A stretch of 64,000 bases of DNA. It comes from Candidatus Krumholzibacteriota bacterium. GTDB taxonomy: Bacteria; Krumholzibacteriota; Krumholzibacteriia; JAJRXK01. Location: assembly GCA_963806035.1 (NCBI GenBank), contig CAWDWO010000033.1, positions 1-64,000 of the forward strand. The letters run 5' to 3'. A program made the position numbers and the translations under genes. Below the pieces are notes generated by a model. It was not told where the DNA came from, made no database searches, and saw only the letters and a program-made list of their open reading frames with translations. Below, piece after piece: positions 42,160 through 53,728 of the stretch; the first letter of the stretch is position 1, and each line of letters starts with the position of its first letter.

Positions 42160-42377
42160 GGTTTCACGTGGAACCTGTCCGGGGGGCGGCACGATGTTTC
42201 ACGTGGAACATGGTTGCCGGGACCTCCCGGCGGGGTGTTTCACGTGGAACATGGCGGCACGGCGCCTCCCGGCGGGGTGTTTCACGTGGAACATGCTCGG
42301 CACGGCCGCCTTCCGGCGGGGTGTTTCACGTGGAACGTGCCATGACGAGGTGGGGGCCCCGTGTTTCACGTGGAACA
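42160..42377. repeat. Cluster of six parS sites
   Basis: Core GTTTCACGTGGAAC in 16-bp sites starting at 42160, 42195, 42236, 42278, 42322 and 42362. Matches the TGTTNCACGTGAAACA parS consensus; lies immediately upstream of parA. Confidence 0.95.
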
Positions 42378-42400
42378 TCGAAGCGTCGGAGTCGTGGCGC

Positions 42401-43042
42401 CTAGCGCGCCGGACGAAAGAGCTGCAAACAGGGGCGGGGGCCGCGCGAGGCCAGGGGCAGGGGGGCTGCGCCCTCCCAGTGCCAGCCCGAGGCCTGCAGC
42501 TGCGCTGCGGGCCGGTAGTCCTCATTCAGGAATAGGACGGCGCGGCCGTCCGCGCCCAAAAAGGGGCGCAAGAGCTTCAATGCGAGCGGCGGCGCCGCCA
42601 CTGCGCGCAAAAATCCCCAGTGGAATGCCTCGCGCAGTTGCGGGGAGCGGGCCAAAACCTCCCGCGCCTGCCCTTCCTCCACCCGCGCCTTCGGCAGCCC
42701 GAGACTGGCAATTTCACGCCGCAAAAAATCACAGGCCACCGCGCGTCGCTCGAGCAGCACCCATTCCAGCTCCGGATGACTCAGCGCCAGGGGAATCCCG
42801 GGGATTCCCGCGCCGCTGCCCAGATCCAGGAGTTTTTGTCCGGGCTCGAAGCACAGCGCTCTGCCCGCGGCCACTGATTCCAGAATGAGGCGCTCCACCA
42901 GAGCGCGCCCCCCGGCGCGACTCACCAGATTCCGGCCGCGATTGAAGCGCAGGAGCGCATCGCGATAGAGCGCGAAGGGCTCGGACGCAATTCCTTCCGG
43001 CACGAGCGATTGCAAGAGCGTCACGAACTCGGCGCCCACCAC
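42401..43042 (-). CDS. rsmG: 16S rRNA (guanine(527)-N7)-methyltransferase RsmG
   Basis: N...NLVS, LLDLGSGAGIPGIPLA, LLE, RAV. Syntenic with parA. Confidence 0.88.
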   Translation of the reverse strand: MVGAEFVTLLQSLVPEGIASEPFALYRDALLRFNRGRNLVSRAGGRALVERLILESVAAGRALCFEPGQKLLDLGSGAGIPGIPLALSHPELEWVLLERRAVACDFLRREIASLGLPKARVEEGQAREVLARSPQLREAFHWGFLRAVAAPPLALKLLRPFLGADGRAVLFLNEDYRPAAQLQASGWHWEGAAPLPLASRGPRPCLQLFRPAR

Positions 43043-43106
43043 GGATCCCCCCGGAGATTCTCAGGAGATTCTTATATAACTCTTTGCTATAAAATAACTA
43101 AGGCGA

Positions 43107-43985
43107 CTATTTTCCGGCTGCGTCCACCGGCGCGAGTACCACGTGCCGCCGCGCGCCCTCTCCCAGGGTGTAGCTCTCGACACCCTCCAGGGGTTTGACC
43201 GCCAGGTGCACCACGCGCCGGTCCCGCGGGTGCATGGGCTCGAAGTGGATCTCGATCCCCTCGGCCAGCACGCGCTCGGCGCGCTCCAGGGCCTGGGCGC
43301 GCAGACGCTCCTCTTCGCGCTCCCGGTAACCGTTCAAATCGACCTGAACCGGGACGTTGGCGTCACAGCGCTGGGCGATCATGCGCGCAAGAACGTGCTC
43401 CAGCGCGTCCACCCCCGTGCCCCGACGACCGATGAGCGCGCCCGCGTCATCTTCGGGCACCGTCACGAAGACTCGCTGGTACTCGGAATGTTCGAAACTG
43501 AGCTCGTACTCGATCTCCATCGCGTCCAGAAGTTCGCGCGCGACCTCTTCCACTTTCGCGTTGTGCTCGGGACTTGGCTCGTAGACTTCCCGCGGCCGCT
43601 CCTTGGAGGGCGCGATCTTCATCTCGCTCACGCGCGGCGGCGGCGCCGCTTCCTTGATGACCAGCTCGGGCTTGGCCGAGAACGGCCGGGACGAGGAGGA
43701 TGCGCTCCACGCCAGGCGGCGCACGGAGGCATCGTGCGCGGTGGGCGGCGGAGCGGGAATCGCGTCGGGAAGTTCCCGTGACACGTGACCGAAACCCTCG
43801 GACTGATGAGTCACGCGCACGCGAGCTTCTTTGCGAAGCGCCGTGAAGCCCCGGTTCGCGTTTCCTTCCTCGAGCACTTCCACTTTTAGCTCGTGCTCGT
43901 TCCCGTTCAGACCCAAGAGTTCCAGTGCTTTCTTCTTGGCCTCGTTCACCGTGACGGCGCTGACCTCGAAACTTTCACGAATCAC
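43107..43985 (-). CDS. jag: Jag/EloR (KhpB) RNA-binding protein
   Basis: Jag_N (TVNEAKKKAL..L, VEVLEEG), KH (GALIGRRG..VDAL), R3H (PMHPRDRRVVH). GTG start after AGAGGAG. Confidence 0.9.
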   Translation of the reverse strand: MIRESFEVSAVTVNEAKKKALELLGLNGNEHELKVEVLEEGNANRGFTALRKEARVRVTHQSEGFGHVSRELPDAIPAPPPTAHDASVRRLAWSASSSSRPFSAKPELVIKEAAPPPRVSEMKIAPSKERPREVYEPSPEHNAKVEEVARELLDAMEIEYELSFEHSEYQRVFVTVPEDDAGALIGRRGTGVDALEHVLARMIAQRCDANVPVQVDLNGYREREEERLRAQALERAERVLAEGIEIHFEPMHPRDRRVVHLAVKPLEGVESYTLGEGARRHVVLAPVDAAGK

Positions 43986-44001
43986 GATCTCCTCTTTTCT
44001 C

Positions 44002-45840
44002 TCAAGCACTCGCGCCGGACAGGGCTCTTTTTTCCGCCAGCGTCTTGGGGGCGTTGCGATGAATCTGCCAGGTCTGAACGATGGAGAGGATGGTGTTGAC
44101 CAACCAATAAAGCACAAGACCCGAGGGCGTGTTGTAGAACACAAAGAGCATGAAGATGGGCATGAAGGTCGACATCATTTTCTGCTGCGATGCCATCGCT
44201 CCCTCTCCGCCGGTGGCGGCGCTGGGCGTCCCGATCTTCGTCTGCAACCACATGCCCGCGGCCATCAAAATGGGCAGAAGGGAGAAGTGGTCGCCGACCA
44301 CCGGCAGTTTCAGCGGAAGATGAAAGAGCACCTCGGGCCGGGAGAGGTCGTTGATCCATCCCCAGAATGGAGCCTGTCTCACTTCGATCGTGCGCCGCAG
44401 CACGGTGAAGAGCGCCCAGAAGACCGGCATCTGCACGAGCAGGGGTAAACACCCCGCCATGGGGTTGATCCCGTGCTCCTTGTAGAGCTTCATCATCTCC
44501 TTGCTCTGCCGCTGCTGATCGTCCTTGTACTTCTCTTTGATCTTGGTGAGTTCGGGTTGCACCATCTGCATCTCGCGCATCGAGCGCGTGCTGCTCTTGG
44601 TGAGCGGGTAGAAGAGGAACTTGGTCGCGACCGAAATCAGGATGATCACGAGCCCGTAGTTGGGAATGAAGCGATGCAAATACAAGAGAAGCCAAAGCAT
44701 GAACTTCGATACGGGCCTAAAGACCGCGGGGCCCAGGTCGATGAGCGCGGTGAGCGCGGGATCGATCTCGTTCAATTCGTTGTAGTCACGGGGCCCCAAG
44801 AACACCGAGTAATTGAGTCCGGGTCCCGTCTCATCCTGCAGAGGTAACTCGATGCTGAAAGTCTGAAGCCGCTCTTGGTAGTCCCCGTCGAAATGCACAC
44901 GCCCCAGGCGCCGTCCCGGGTCGTGGACGAAGGCGGTGAAGTACTGCCCCATGACGCCGGCCCACGCGACGGTGCCCTCGTAGTCTTTGCGCCCCCCCGA
45001 ACCGTCTCCCTTTTTCAGCGAGTTGAACGAGGTCTTGTAGGTGTCGTCTCCAACGCGCGCCGCCGCCTTGAAGTCGGTGTACTCGCGCACCGTGTCGGGC
45101 TCCGTATTGGAAATCCCCGAAGGCCACGAGATCTTCAACTGTGCCAGTTCGGTGCGGGGAAGCTCGTACTTGGCGTGGACGCTGAAGCTGGAGAGTTCAT
45201 TGTCCAGACGTATGCTCAAAAGAAACGGCGTTCCCCCCTCGAGCTGTGCAGTGAGCGTGATTTCGGCGATCGGCCGCTCCGCGTCGACCCGCAGGAGCCA
45301 GGGCTTCTGCGCATCACCGGTGCTCACCAAGCGCGCCCCCTGGGCCTTGAATCTCACGTGGCTCAGGTCGACCACTTTGTTGTCGCGATAAATCTTCAGC
45401 GCGTGCGCGCGCTGGCCGTAGGGGTCGAGGCTTCGCTTGGGAATGAGCTGCACCGCTTGGCCGTCGACGGTCTGGAATTTCTTGAGAGTCCACGAACGAA
45501 GGTCGGCGCCGATGAGGTCCAGCTCCGCCACGTATTGATCGGTCTCCAGGGTGAGAAGCGGGCCTTCAGCCGAAGCCTCCACATGCATGCCGCCCTGGAA
45601 CCCCGTGCTGTCGCTCGTGGCAACCTGCGCGGAGTCGGCCTGCGTGCTCGTTGCGCTGGTCGAGGTATACGCAGTGCGCGCGGCCTGGCTGGAAGGGCTT
45701 TGCGGGGGCGCCTGGACGACCGCGAGGCTATCGCTCGGGGCGGTGCTCTGAGAGTTTTTCGGTGAAGGCGAGAACATGGCCTGCCAGATCAGCAACACCA
45801 CGAACATCAGAAAGAAAGCGAGCGCCGTGCGCTGATTCAT
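44002..45840 (-). CDS. yidC: Membrane protein insertase YidC
   Basis: NYGLVII, LYKEHGINPMAGCLPLLVQMPVF, WINDLS.P, PSGLVLYW. Confidence 0.97.
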   Translation of the reverse strand: MNQRTALAFFLMFVVLLIWQAMFSPSPKNSQSTAPSDSLAVVQAPPQSPSSQAARTAYTSTSATSTQADSAQVATSDSTGFQGGMHVEASAEGPLLTLETDQYVAELDLIGADLRSWTLKKFQTVDGQAVQLIPKRSLDPYGQRAHALKIYRDNKVVDLSHVRFKAQGARLVSTGDAQKPWLLRVDAERPIAEITLTAQLEGGTPFLLSIRLDNELSSFSVHAKYELPRTELAQLKISWPSGISNTEPDTVREYTDFKAAARVGDDTYKTSFNSLKKGDGSGGRKDYEGTVAWAGVMGQYFTAFVHDPGRRLGRVHFDGDYQERLQTFSIELPLQDETGPGLNYSVFLGPRDYNELNEIDPALTALIDLGPAVFRPVSKFMLWLLLYLHRFIPNYGLVIILISVATKFLFYPLTKSSTRSMREMQMVQPELTKIKEKYKDDQQRQSKEMMKLYKEHGINPMAGCLPLLVQMPVFWALFTVLRRTIEVRQAPFWGWINDLSRPEVLFHLPLKLPVVGDHFSLLPILMAAGMWLQTKIGTPSAATGGEGAMASQQKMMSTFMPIFMLFVFYNTPSGLVLYWLVNTILSIVQTWQIHRNAPKTLAEKRALSGASA

Positions 45841-45858
45841 GGAAGCCTCGCGGGAAGA

Positions 45859-46137
45859 TCAAGAATGGTGAGCTCTGGGAATGGAGACCCCTCGCTCGAT
45901 CGAGGAACACTCCTTCTTGCCCGGCTCGGGCACCGGATCATAGCCTCCGGGATGCCAGGGATGACAGCGGGCGATTCGCTTCACGCTGAGCCAAGTTCCG
46001 CGCAGTACCCCGTGGGACGCGAGCGCGTCGATGGCGTAGTGTGAGCAGCTGGGAGTGAAGCGGCAATTCGAACCGAGCAACGGAGAGAGCAGCAATTGGT
46101 AGCCGCGAATGCAGAGCACGAGCAGGCGCTTCAGCAC
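45859..46137 (-). CDS. yidD: Membrane protein insertion efficiency factor YidD
   Basis: [35 protein letters not shown]. Confidence 0.96.
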   Translation of the reverse strand: MLKRLLVLCIRGYQLLLSPLLGSNCRFTPSCSHYAIDALASHGVLRGTWLSVKRIARCHPWHPGGYDPVPEPGKKECSSIERGVSIPRAHHS

Positions 46138-46523
46138 GGAAACTCTCCATTATCCAGGTCGCGCACATCGGCGCCGTAGAGATCGAGGCGCGCGAAAAGT
46201 TCGCGCATCTCTTCGATGAGATCTTCGGTGATCACGCCGGAATCCGCGAGGGTTCTGCGCGCGACGAGCACGAGCCAAAGCGGCCGCTCGAGACGCATAC
46301 TCAGGGCGCGATAGGCTTCGCGGAGCAAGCGCTTGGCGCGGTTCCGTCGCACGGCGTTTCCCACCTTCTTGGAAGCGACGACTCCGTGCGCGCAGTTACC
46401 AACCGTAGCAATTTCCTCGGGCCGCGGCCTGTAAGCATAGACCACGCAGCAATCCCCGACTGCTTTCCGGCCGTTCTCATACACGCATTGGAATTGCCGC
46501 CGAGTTCGCAGAGTCCCCTTCAA
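46131..46523 (-). CDS. rnpA: Ribonuclease P protein component
   Basis: [19 protein letters not shown] (RNR motif). Confidence 0.93.
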   Translation of the reverse strand: MKGTLRTRRQFQCVYENGRKAVGDCCVVYAYRPRPEEIATVGNCAHGVVASKKVGNAVRRNRAKRLLREAYRALSMRLERPLWLVLVARRTLADSGVITEDLIEEMRELFARLDLYGADVRDLDNGEFPC

Positions 46524-46592
46524 GGGAAAACCCCCGATCGGGAAGACCGCGCGCCGCTCTTTAGAAACGCGCGTGGCGGAATCCGAAGACGC

Positions 46593-46727
46593 TCACGCGC
46601 TCAGACGCTTGCGGCCCTTGCTGCGGCGGCGCTTGAGGATCGTGCGTCCCGCGCGCGTCGCCATGCGCTTCCGGAAACCGTGATCCCGCTTGCGCTTGAT
46701 CTTACTCGGTTGAAAAGTCCTCTTCAC
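46593..46727 (-). CDS. rpmH: 50S ribosomal protein L34
   Basis: Manual translation [53 protein letters not shown]. Not in the ORF track. Confidence 0.97.
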   Translation of the reverse strand: MKRTFQPSKIKRKRDHGFRKRMATRAGRTILKRRRSKGRKRLSA

Positions 46728-46793
46728 GATGACACCTCATCGAAGGTCCATTGGCGCGGGCGGTTCCCCTAACCATAACTCCACGAGCGCAAT

Positions 46794-46822
46794 ACGGTAT
46801 GCTCAGCTTCGCCCTTCGTCAA
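46794..46822 (-). promoter_or_regulatory. Sigma70-type rpmH promoter
   Basis: Minus strand TTGACG-N17-TACCGT. Confidence 0.5.
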
Positions 46823-47029
46823 GTTTCCCGGCCCTCAATCCCTCCCTCGCGGCGTGGGCCAGATCCCCCGATTTGTGCTGCCGGCCCTGCGGGCCCGGCG
46901 CCTTGTGCCGCGCCGCCGAGCGCTCGGGGGGACTTAATGAGCCTATTGTGAAGATCTTAGGAAGAAAGTAATTCCGGGGCACAAAAGTCCCTTGCTCGGC
47001 CTAGGGCCGCGTGCTACCGTCCACTCCCC

Positions 47030-47165
47030 GGTGGATAACCCACACCCGGCACCGCAACGTTATCCCCAGTTTTATGGTTTGGGGATAAGTCAGGGCTCCA
47101 CGGGAATATTTTGGGCTAAGTCCTTACATTTTAAGAAGTTCTAGGCTTTTCCCATGTGGGGATAA
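47030..47165. promoter_or_regulatory. DnaA-box cluster upstream of dnaA
   Basis: GGTGGATAA (47030), TTATCCCCA (47060), TGGGGATAA (47080, 47157), with an AT-rich spacer. Confidence 0.8.
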
Positions 47166-47231
47166 GTCTGTGTGAAGTTGTGTCCTCTAGTCGAGTCTTG
47201 CCCCTCGACCCAACGAGAGGAAGCCCCACTC

Positions 47232-48638
47232 GTGCCCCCTTCTCGAACGACGCCCGCGAACCACACCCAGCACGATTCTCCGCGGGATGACCAGGCGCTC
47301 TGGACGGAAATCCTCGAAGTCGTGCGACAAAACGTCAACCAGCAGACCTTTGAGACCTGGTTTCGCCAGACCCACTTCATCGGGTTGCACGAGGGGGTCC
47401 TGGCCATCCAGGGGCCCAACCAGTTCTTCGTCGACTGGCTCACCGAGCATCACCTCGAGACTCTGCACGTGGCGGCCCGGCGGGTCCTGGACCGCAGCGT
47501 AGAAATCCAGATCCTGGTCGATCCACAGCCCAGCACCGTGGGCAGCTTCGATCCCAGAACGACAGTCAGTCCCACGCCCGAGACCGACGGTCGGCGCCGC
47601 ACCCCGCGCGAAGCGGGGCTCAACCAGCGCTACGTCTTTTCGAATTTCGTGGTGGGGGACAACAATCGCCTGGCGCACGCGGCTTGCGAGGCCGTGGCGG
47701 AGCAGCCGGCCCAGGCCTACAACCCGCTCTTCCTCTACGGCGGGGTGGGTTTGGGCAAGACCCATCTCATGCAGGCCATCGGCAACGAAGTTCTTTCGCG
47801 CGATCCGCGAACGGTGGTGCACTACGTCTCGGCCGAGAACTTCATGAACGAACTCATCCAGTCCATTCGCAGCGGCAAGACTTTCGAGTTCAAGAATCGC
47901 TACCGCAACGTCGACCTTCTGCTGATCGACGACATTCAATTCCTCGCGGGAAAAGAGAGCACCCAACAGGAGTTCTTCCACACCTTCAACGCGCTCTACG
48001 ACGCCAACAAGCAGATCGTGGTGACCTGCGATCGCCCGCCCAAGGAAATTCCCACTCTCGAGGAGCGACTGCGCTCGCGCTTCGAGTGGGGTTTGATCAC
48101 GGATTTACAGGCGCCAAAGCTCGAAACGCGGATCGCGATTCTCAAGAAGAAGGTGGAAAAGGAGGAAATCGTCATCCCCGACGAGGTTTTGGTGCTCATT
48201 GCCGAAAGGGTGACGAACAACATTCGAGAGCTGGAGGGGGCGCTCATCCGGCTGCTCGCATTCGCCAGCCTGACGGGAAGCAAGATCCACATCGAAATGG
48301 CCAAGGAAGTCTTGAGCACTTTCCTGAACCGCAATCGGCCCAAGCGTCCGATTTCGCTGGTCGAGGTCACGAAGACCGTGGCCGGGTACTACGACATCTC
48401 TTTGGATCTCTTGCGCTCCAAGACCCGCACCAAGCCCATCGCTCATGCCCGGCAAATCGCCATGTACCTGTGCCGCGAGCTGACGGGGGCTTCCTTGAAT
48501 CAAATCGGCATGCGCTTCGGAGGGCGTGACCACACGACGGTGCACCATGCCTGGCAGAAGATCACGCGCCTGGAGGAAATCGATCCCGACGTGCATTCGG
48601 AGCTCGAAGATTTGATCAAGTCGTTGCATAGCGCGTGA
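47232..48638 (+). CDS. dnaA: Chromosomal replication initiator DnaA
   Basis: YNPLFLYGGVGLGKTHL, LLIDDIQF, RELEGAL, GGRDHTTV. GTG start after GAGAGG (start inferred). Confidence 0.98.
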   Translation: MPPSRTTPANHTQHDSPRDDQALWTEILEVVRQNVNQQTFETWFRQTHFIGLHEGVLAIQGPNQFFVDWLTEHHLETLHVAARRVLDRSVEIQILVDPQPSTVGSFDPRTTVSPTPETDGRRRTPREAGLNQRYVFSNFVVGDNNRLAHAACEAVAEQPAQAYNPLFLYGGVGLGKTHLMQAIGNEVLSRDPRTVVHYVSAENFMNELIQSIRSGKTFEFKNRYRNVDLLLIDDIQFLAGKESTQQEFFHTFNALYDANKQIVVTCDRPPKEIPTLEERLRSRFEWGLITDLQAPKLETRIAILKKKVEKEEIVIPDEVLVLIAERVTNNIRELEGALIRLLAFASLTGSKIHIEMAKEVLSTFLNRNRPKRPISLVEVTKTVAGYYDISLDLLRSKTRTKPIAHARQIAMYLCRELTGASLNQIGMRFGGRDHTTVHHAWQKITRLEEIDPDVHSELEDLIKSLHSA

Positions 48639-48663
48639 TCCGTCCGACCGACTGAACGCGCGG

Positions 48664-48699
48664 GGGGCCTTTCTCGTAAGAGAGAGACCCCTTTCTTTT
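48664..48699 (+). terminator. Possible terminator hairpin after dnaA
   Basis: GGGGCCTTTCTC-GTAA-GAGAGAGACCCC followed by TTTCTTTT. Confidence 0.4.
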
Positions 48700-48970
48700 G
48701 CCCTGCTGCTTGCAGGAAAAAAGCCGGGCACTTCTTGGGGAAAAGTGGAGGAGAAGACGGGGACGAAATTCACGAGTCGCCCGAAAACTGCGGGCCCTTG
48801 GGATAAGACACAAGGAAGTCCCTTCTTCTCCCCACGGGATCCTCAGCCCGACTCAGCAGATAAGGTATTGTGAAAGTTCGAGTTAAGCCGTCAGATGGAG
48901 CATTTGTCCCCGGAATCCCCAGTCCTACGTACTACTACTCTCTTTTTCTTTTAATGAAAGAGAAACAGAG
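48700..48970. other. Replication origin oriC unwinding region (dnaA-dnaN intergenic)
   Basis: Several TTNTCCCC-type boxes. Tandem boxes TTGTCCCCG/GAATCCCCA (48904-48921), then DnaA-trio-like CTACGTACTACTACT (48925-48939) and a T/A-rich tract. Confidence 0.85.
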
Positions 48971-49060
48971 ATCCAGCGGACTTGCTCGCAGCGCGGAGCT
49001 GCGATAGCATAGCTCTCTCTTTCGCACTCCAGTTGAGAGTCTTCCAAGCGAGGCCCCACG

Positions 49061-50185
49061 GTGAAGATCCAGGTTCAACAGAACGAACTCGTACGCGCGT
49101 TGGGAGCTGTGGCCAACGTCGTCAGTAGCAAAGCCACTTTACCCATCCTTTCCACCATTCTCTTCGACCAGAAGGGCAAGACCCTCACCCTGGCCGCGAC
49201 CGACCTTGATGTTTCGGTGGTCACCAGAGTTCGAGAAGTGGAAGTGGAGAGTGAAGGCAAGGCAGCGGTACCTGCCGCGAAGTTCGTGCCTTTCGTGCGA
49301 ACGCTCGGGTCGCACTCGGTGAAGATCGAAGCCGACAAGGAACGTGTCACACTGCGCAGCGGAAAGGCCAAGCTGGAAGAGCCGTGCATGGACCCCGAAG
49401 ACTTTCCGGCACTTCCGCGGGTACAGGAAGCCGAGTCCTTCACGATTGCGGGCTCGACCCTGGTCGACATGATTCGCACCTGCATCTACGCGACTTCCAA
49501 GGACGAGACGCGGCCCGCTCTGCAGGGCGTCTACTGGGAAATTGCCGACGGCCATTTCACCATGGTCGCCACCGACGGTCATCGCCTGAGTCGTGTCCGC
49601 AGGAAGACCGGGATCGCCAAGAAATTGAGCCGCAAACTCATTGCCTCCTCCGGCGGGCTTCAGCAGGTCATGCGCCTGGCCGAAAATCTGGACGAGGTGA
49701 CGATCTATCTGGGCGAGCACCAGCTGAGTTTCGAGATGGATACGACGACCATCCACACACGGCTGGTGGAGGGGAGTTTTCCCAACTACGAGCAGGTGCT
49801 TCCCAAGAACAACGAGCGGCGCATCATCTGCGACCGTGAGGCACTCATCGATGGAATTCGACGGGTCAAGGTCTCGGCGGATCGCGTGACCAATCAGATA
49901 CGTCTGGGAGTCTCCGGGAAGACCATGAAGCTCTCCGCGAGCGGCACCGAGGGATCGCGCGCCGAAGACGAAGTCGCCATCGAGTACGGGGGTGAGGACG
50001 TTTCCATCGGCTTCAACCACGGCTACGTGGAAGACATCCTCAAGCACTTCAAGACGGAGAATCTACTCATCGCCCTGGACCGGCCCGACAGCGCCGCGAT
50101 CTTCTTGCCCGGGGACGATCCGAACGCCGAGATTCTCAAAAGCGACGACCTGTGCCTCTTGATGCCTTTGCGGTTGAACGACTGA
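49061..50185 (+). CDS. dnaN: DNA polymerase III beta sliding clamp
   Basis: ATLPILS, ATDL, DFP.LP, VATDGHRL, FPNYEQV, LLMPLRL. Confidence 0.97.
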   Translation: MKIQVQQNELVRALGAVANVVSSKATLPILSTILFDQKGKTLTLAATDLDVSVVTRVREVEVESEGKAAVPAAKFVPFVRTLGSHSVKIEADKERVTLRSGKAKLEEPCMDPEDFPALPRVQEAESFTIAGSTLVDMIRTCIYATSKDETRPALQGVYWEIADGHFTMVATDGHRLSRVRRKTGIAKKLSRKLIASSGGLQQVMRLAENLDEVTIYLGEHQLSFEMDTTTIHTRLVEGSFPNYEQVLPKNNERRIICDREALIDGIRRVKVSADRVTNQIRLGVSGKTMKLSASGTEGSRAEDEVAIEYGGEDVSIGFNHGYVEDILKHFKTENLLIALDRPDSAAIFLPGDDPNAEILKSDDLCLLMPLRLND

Positions 50186-50216
50186 CGGACCGCCCCCCTG
50201 AGCGAGAGGCAATCCG

Positions 50217-51401
50217 GTGATTTTGACAAGAGTTAAACTCTTGAATTACCGGAATTTGAGCAATCTCTCGCTGGAGTTTTCCCCAAAAATCAATATCTTT
50301 TTGGGACGGAATGGACAGGGAAAAACGAACCTGCTCGAGGCGCTCTCGTACCTGGCGATGGGGCGTTCCCACCGAGGCGCAAAGGACCGTGAGCTGATTC
50401 GTTTCGGCAGCGATCACCTCCATCTCAAAGTGGAAGGACGCGATCGAGAGGGCGAGGATTTCAGCCTGGAAGCCGCCCTAACGACGCAAGGCAAGAAGCG
50501 GATCAAGATCGATGGATCCACGATCGCGCGAAACACCGAGCTCGTGGGGCGTCTGTCGGCGGTACTCTTTCATCCCGATGAAATCGCGCTGGCAAAAGGC
50601 AGCCCGGAACATCGCAGGCGCTTTCTCGATCTCACGCTGAGCGTGGTCGTGGGTTCGTATTTCCAGAACCTGATCGGGTACCGGCGGGCCCTTGCGCAGA
50701 AGAACCGTCTGCTCAAGAGCCGGCAGTTCGCGACAGAACGGGAATTGGCGGTGTGGGACGCGGAATTGGTCCAGTACGGGACTCCCGTGATCCTGCTTCG
50801 AAGGCAGCTCTTGAGCGCTCTGGAACGCGCCTGCCAGAATGCATATTCCGCCTTGGCTCCTGGCGGTGGGAGTCTCAAAATGGAGCTGGTTCCGTCGTTT
50901 CGTCCGCTCAATAGCCCCGGGGACGAAGTCGATGAGGCCTCCTTCTGGAAGACGGAATTCCTGAACGCTCTGGGCGAAGGAAGAGCCCGCGAGCGCAGAC
51001 TGGGATTCGCGCAGATTGGCCCCCACCGCGACCGCCTCGAGCTGCGCCTTGAGGGAAGAGCGCTGCGACGTTTTGGTTCGCAGGGCGAAATGCGATCGGC
51101 CGCGATCGCTTTGAAGCTGGGACAGGCCGCGCTGATTTACGAGCGAACGAAAGAGCGGCCCGTTGTCCTGTTAGATGATATTTTTAGTGAGCTCGATCAG
51201 CAGCGGACCAGGGCCCTGCAGAGTCTGTTGCATCACGAGCACCAGCTCTTCATCGCCACCGCGCGGCTCGACGACGTGGTGGGGATGCGGGATTGGGAAG
51301 ACCTGAAAGTCTGGCTCGTTCATGAGGGGACACTCGAAGCGATCGACGATTTGCGGAGCCTCGAGAGCCACTTCGAGCCGGGCGAACCCGAGCGGGAATG
51401 A
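50217..51401 (+). CDS. recF: DNA replication/repair protein RecF
   Basis: GRNGQGKTNLLEA, RRRFLD, GPHRD, GSQG, LLDDIFSELD. Confidence 0.97.
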   Translation: MILTRVKLLNYRNLSNLSLEFSPKINIFLGRNGQGKTNLLEALSYLAMGRSHRGAKDRELIRFGSDHLHLKVEGRDREGEDFSLEAALTTQGKKRIKIDGSTIARNTELVGRLSAVLFHPDEIALAKGSPEHRRRFLDLTLSVVVGSYFQNLIGYRRALAQKNRLLKSRQFATERELAVWDAELVQYGTPVILLRRQLLSALERACQNAYSALAPGGGSLKMELVPSFRPLNSPGDEVDEASFWKTEFLNALGEGRARERRLGFAQIGPHRDRLELRLEGRALRRFGSQGEMRSAAIALKLGQAALIYERTKERPVVLLDDIFSELDQQRTRALQSLLHHEHQLFIATARLDDVVGMRDWEDLKVWLVHEGTLEAIDDLRSLESHFEPGEPERE

Positions 51402-51721
51402 GTGAAGACGTGGGCGCGAGGATCCGGAGTCTGAAGGAATTGATGGAGCAGGTCCTCGCCAACGGTCCTCTCCGGCAAGGACTGAAAGAACAGGAAATTC
51501 TCGCATCGTGGAACGAGGTCGTGGGAAACGAAATCGCGAAGCACAGCGAAGCGATCGCCCTCAAGGATGGAGTGTTGTGGGTACGAACCGAGGGAAGCGT
51601 TTGGGCACAGGAGCTGAGCTTGCTCATGCCGCGAATCCGCGAAGAGTTCGAGAAGAAACTGGGCAAGGGAAGCGTGCGCGAGGTGCGCTTTCATACCGGC
51701 GCCAACCAAAGGTATTCATGA
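51398..51721 (+). CDS. DUF721 / DciA family protein
   Basis: WNEVVG.EIA.HS....L..GVLWV....VWAQEL. Located between recF and gyrB. Confidence 0.88.
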   Translation: MSEDVGARIRSLKELMEQVLANGPLRQGLKEQEILASWNEVVGNEIAKHSEAIALKDGVLWVRTEGSVWAQELSLLMPRIREEFEKKLGKGSVREVRFHTGANQRYS

Positions 51722-53716
<1,995 letters not shown>

Positions 53717-53728
53717 CAGGAGCACAGA

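Noticed and set aside
42160..42377. CRISPR-like array of regularly spaced palindromic repeats
   Set aside because: The repeat is only 14-16 bp and matches the parS consensus, the spacers resemble each other, there are no cas genes, and it sits beside parAB.
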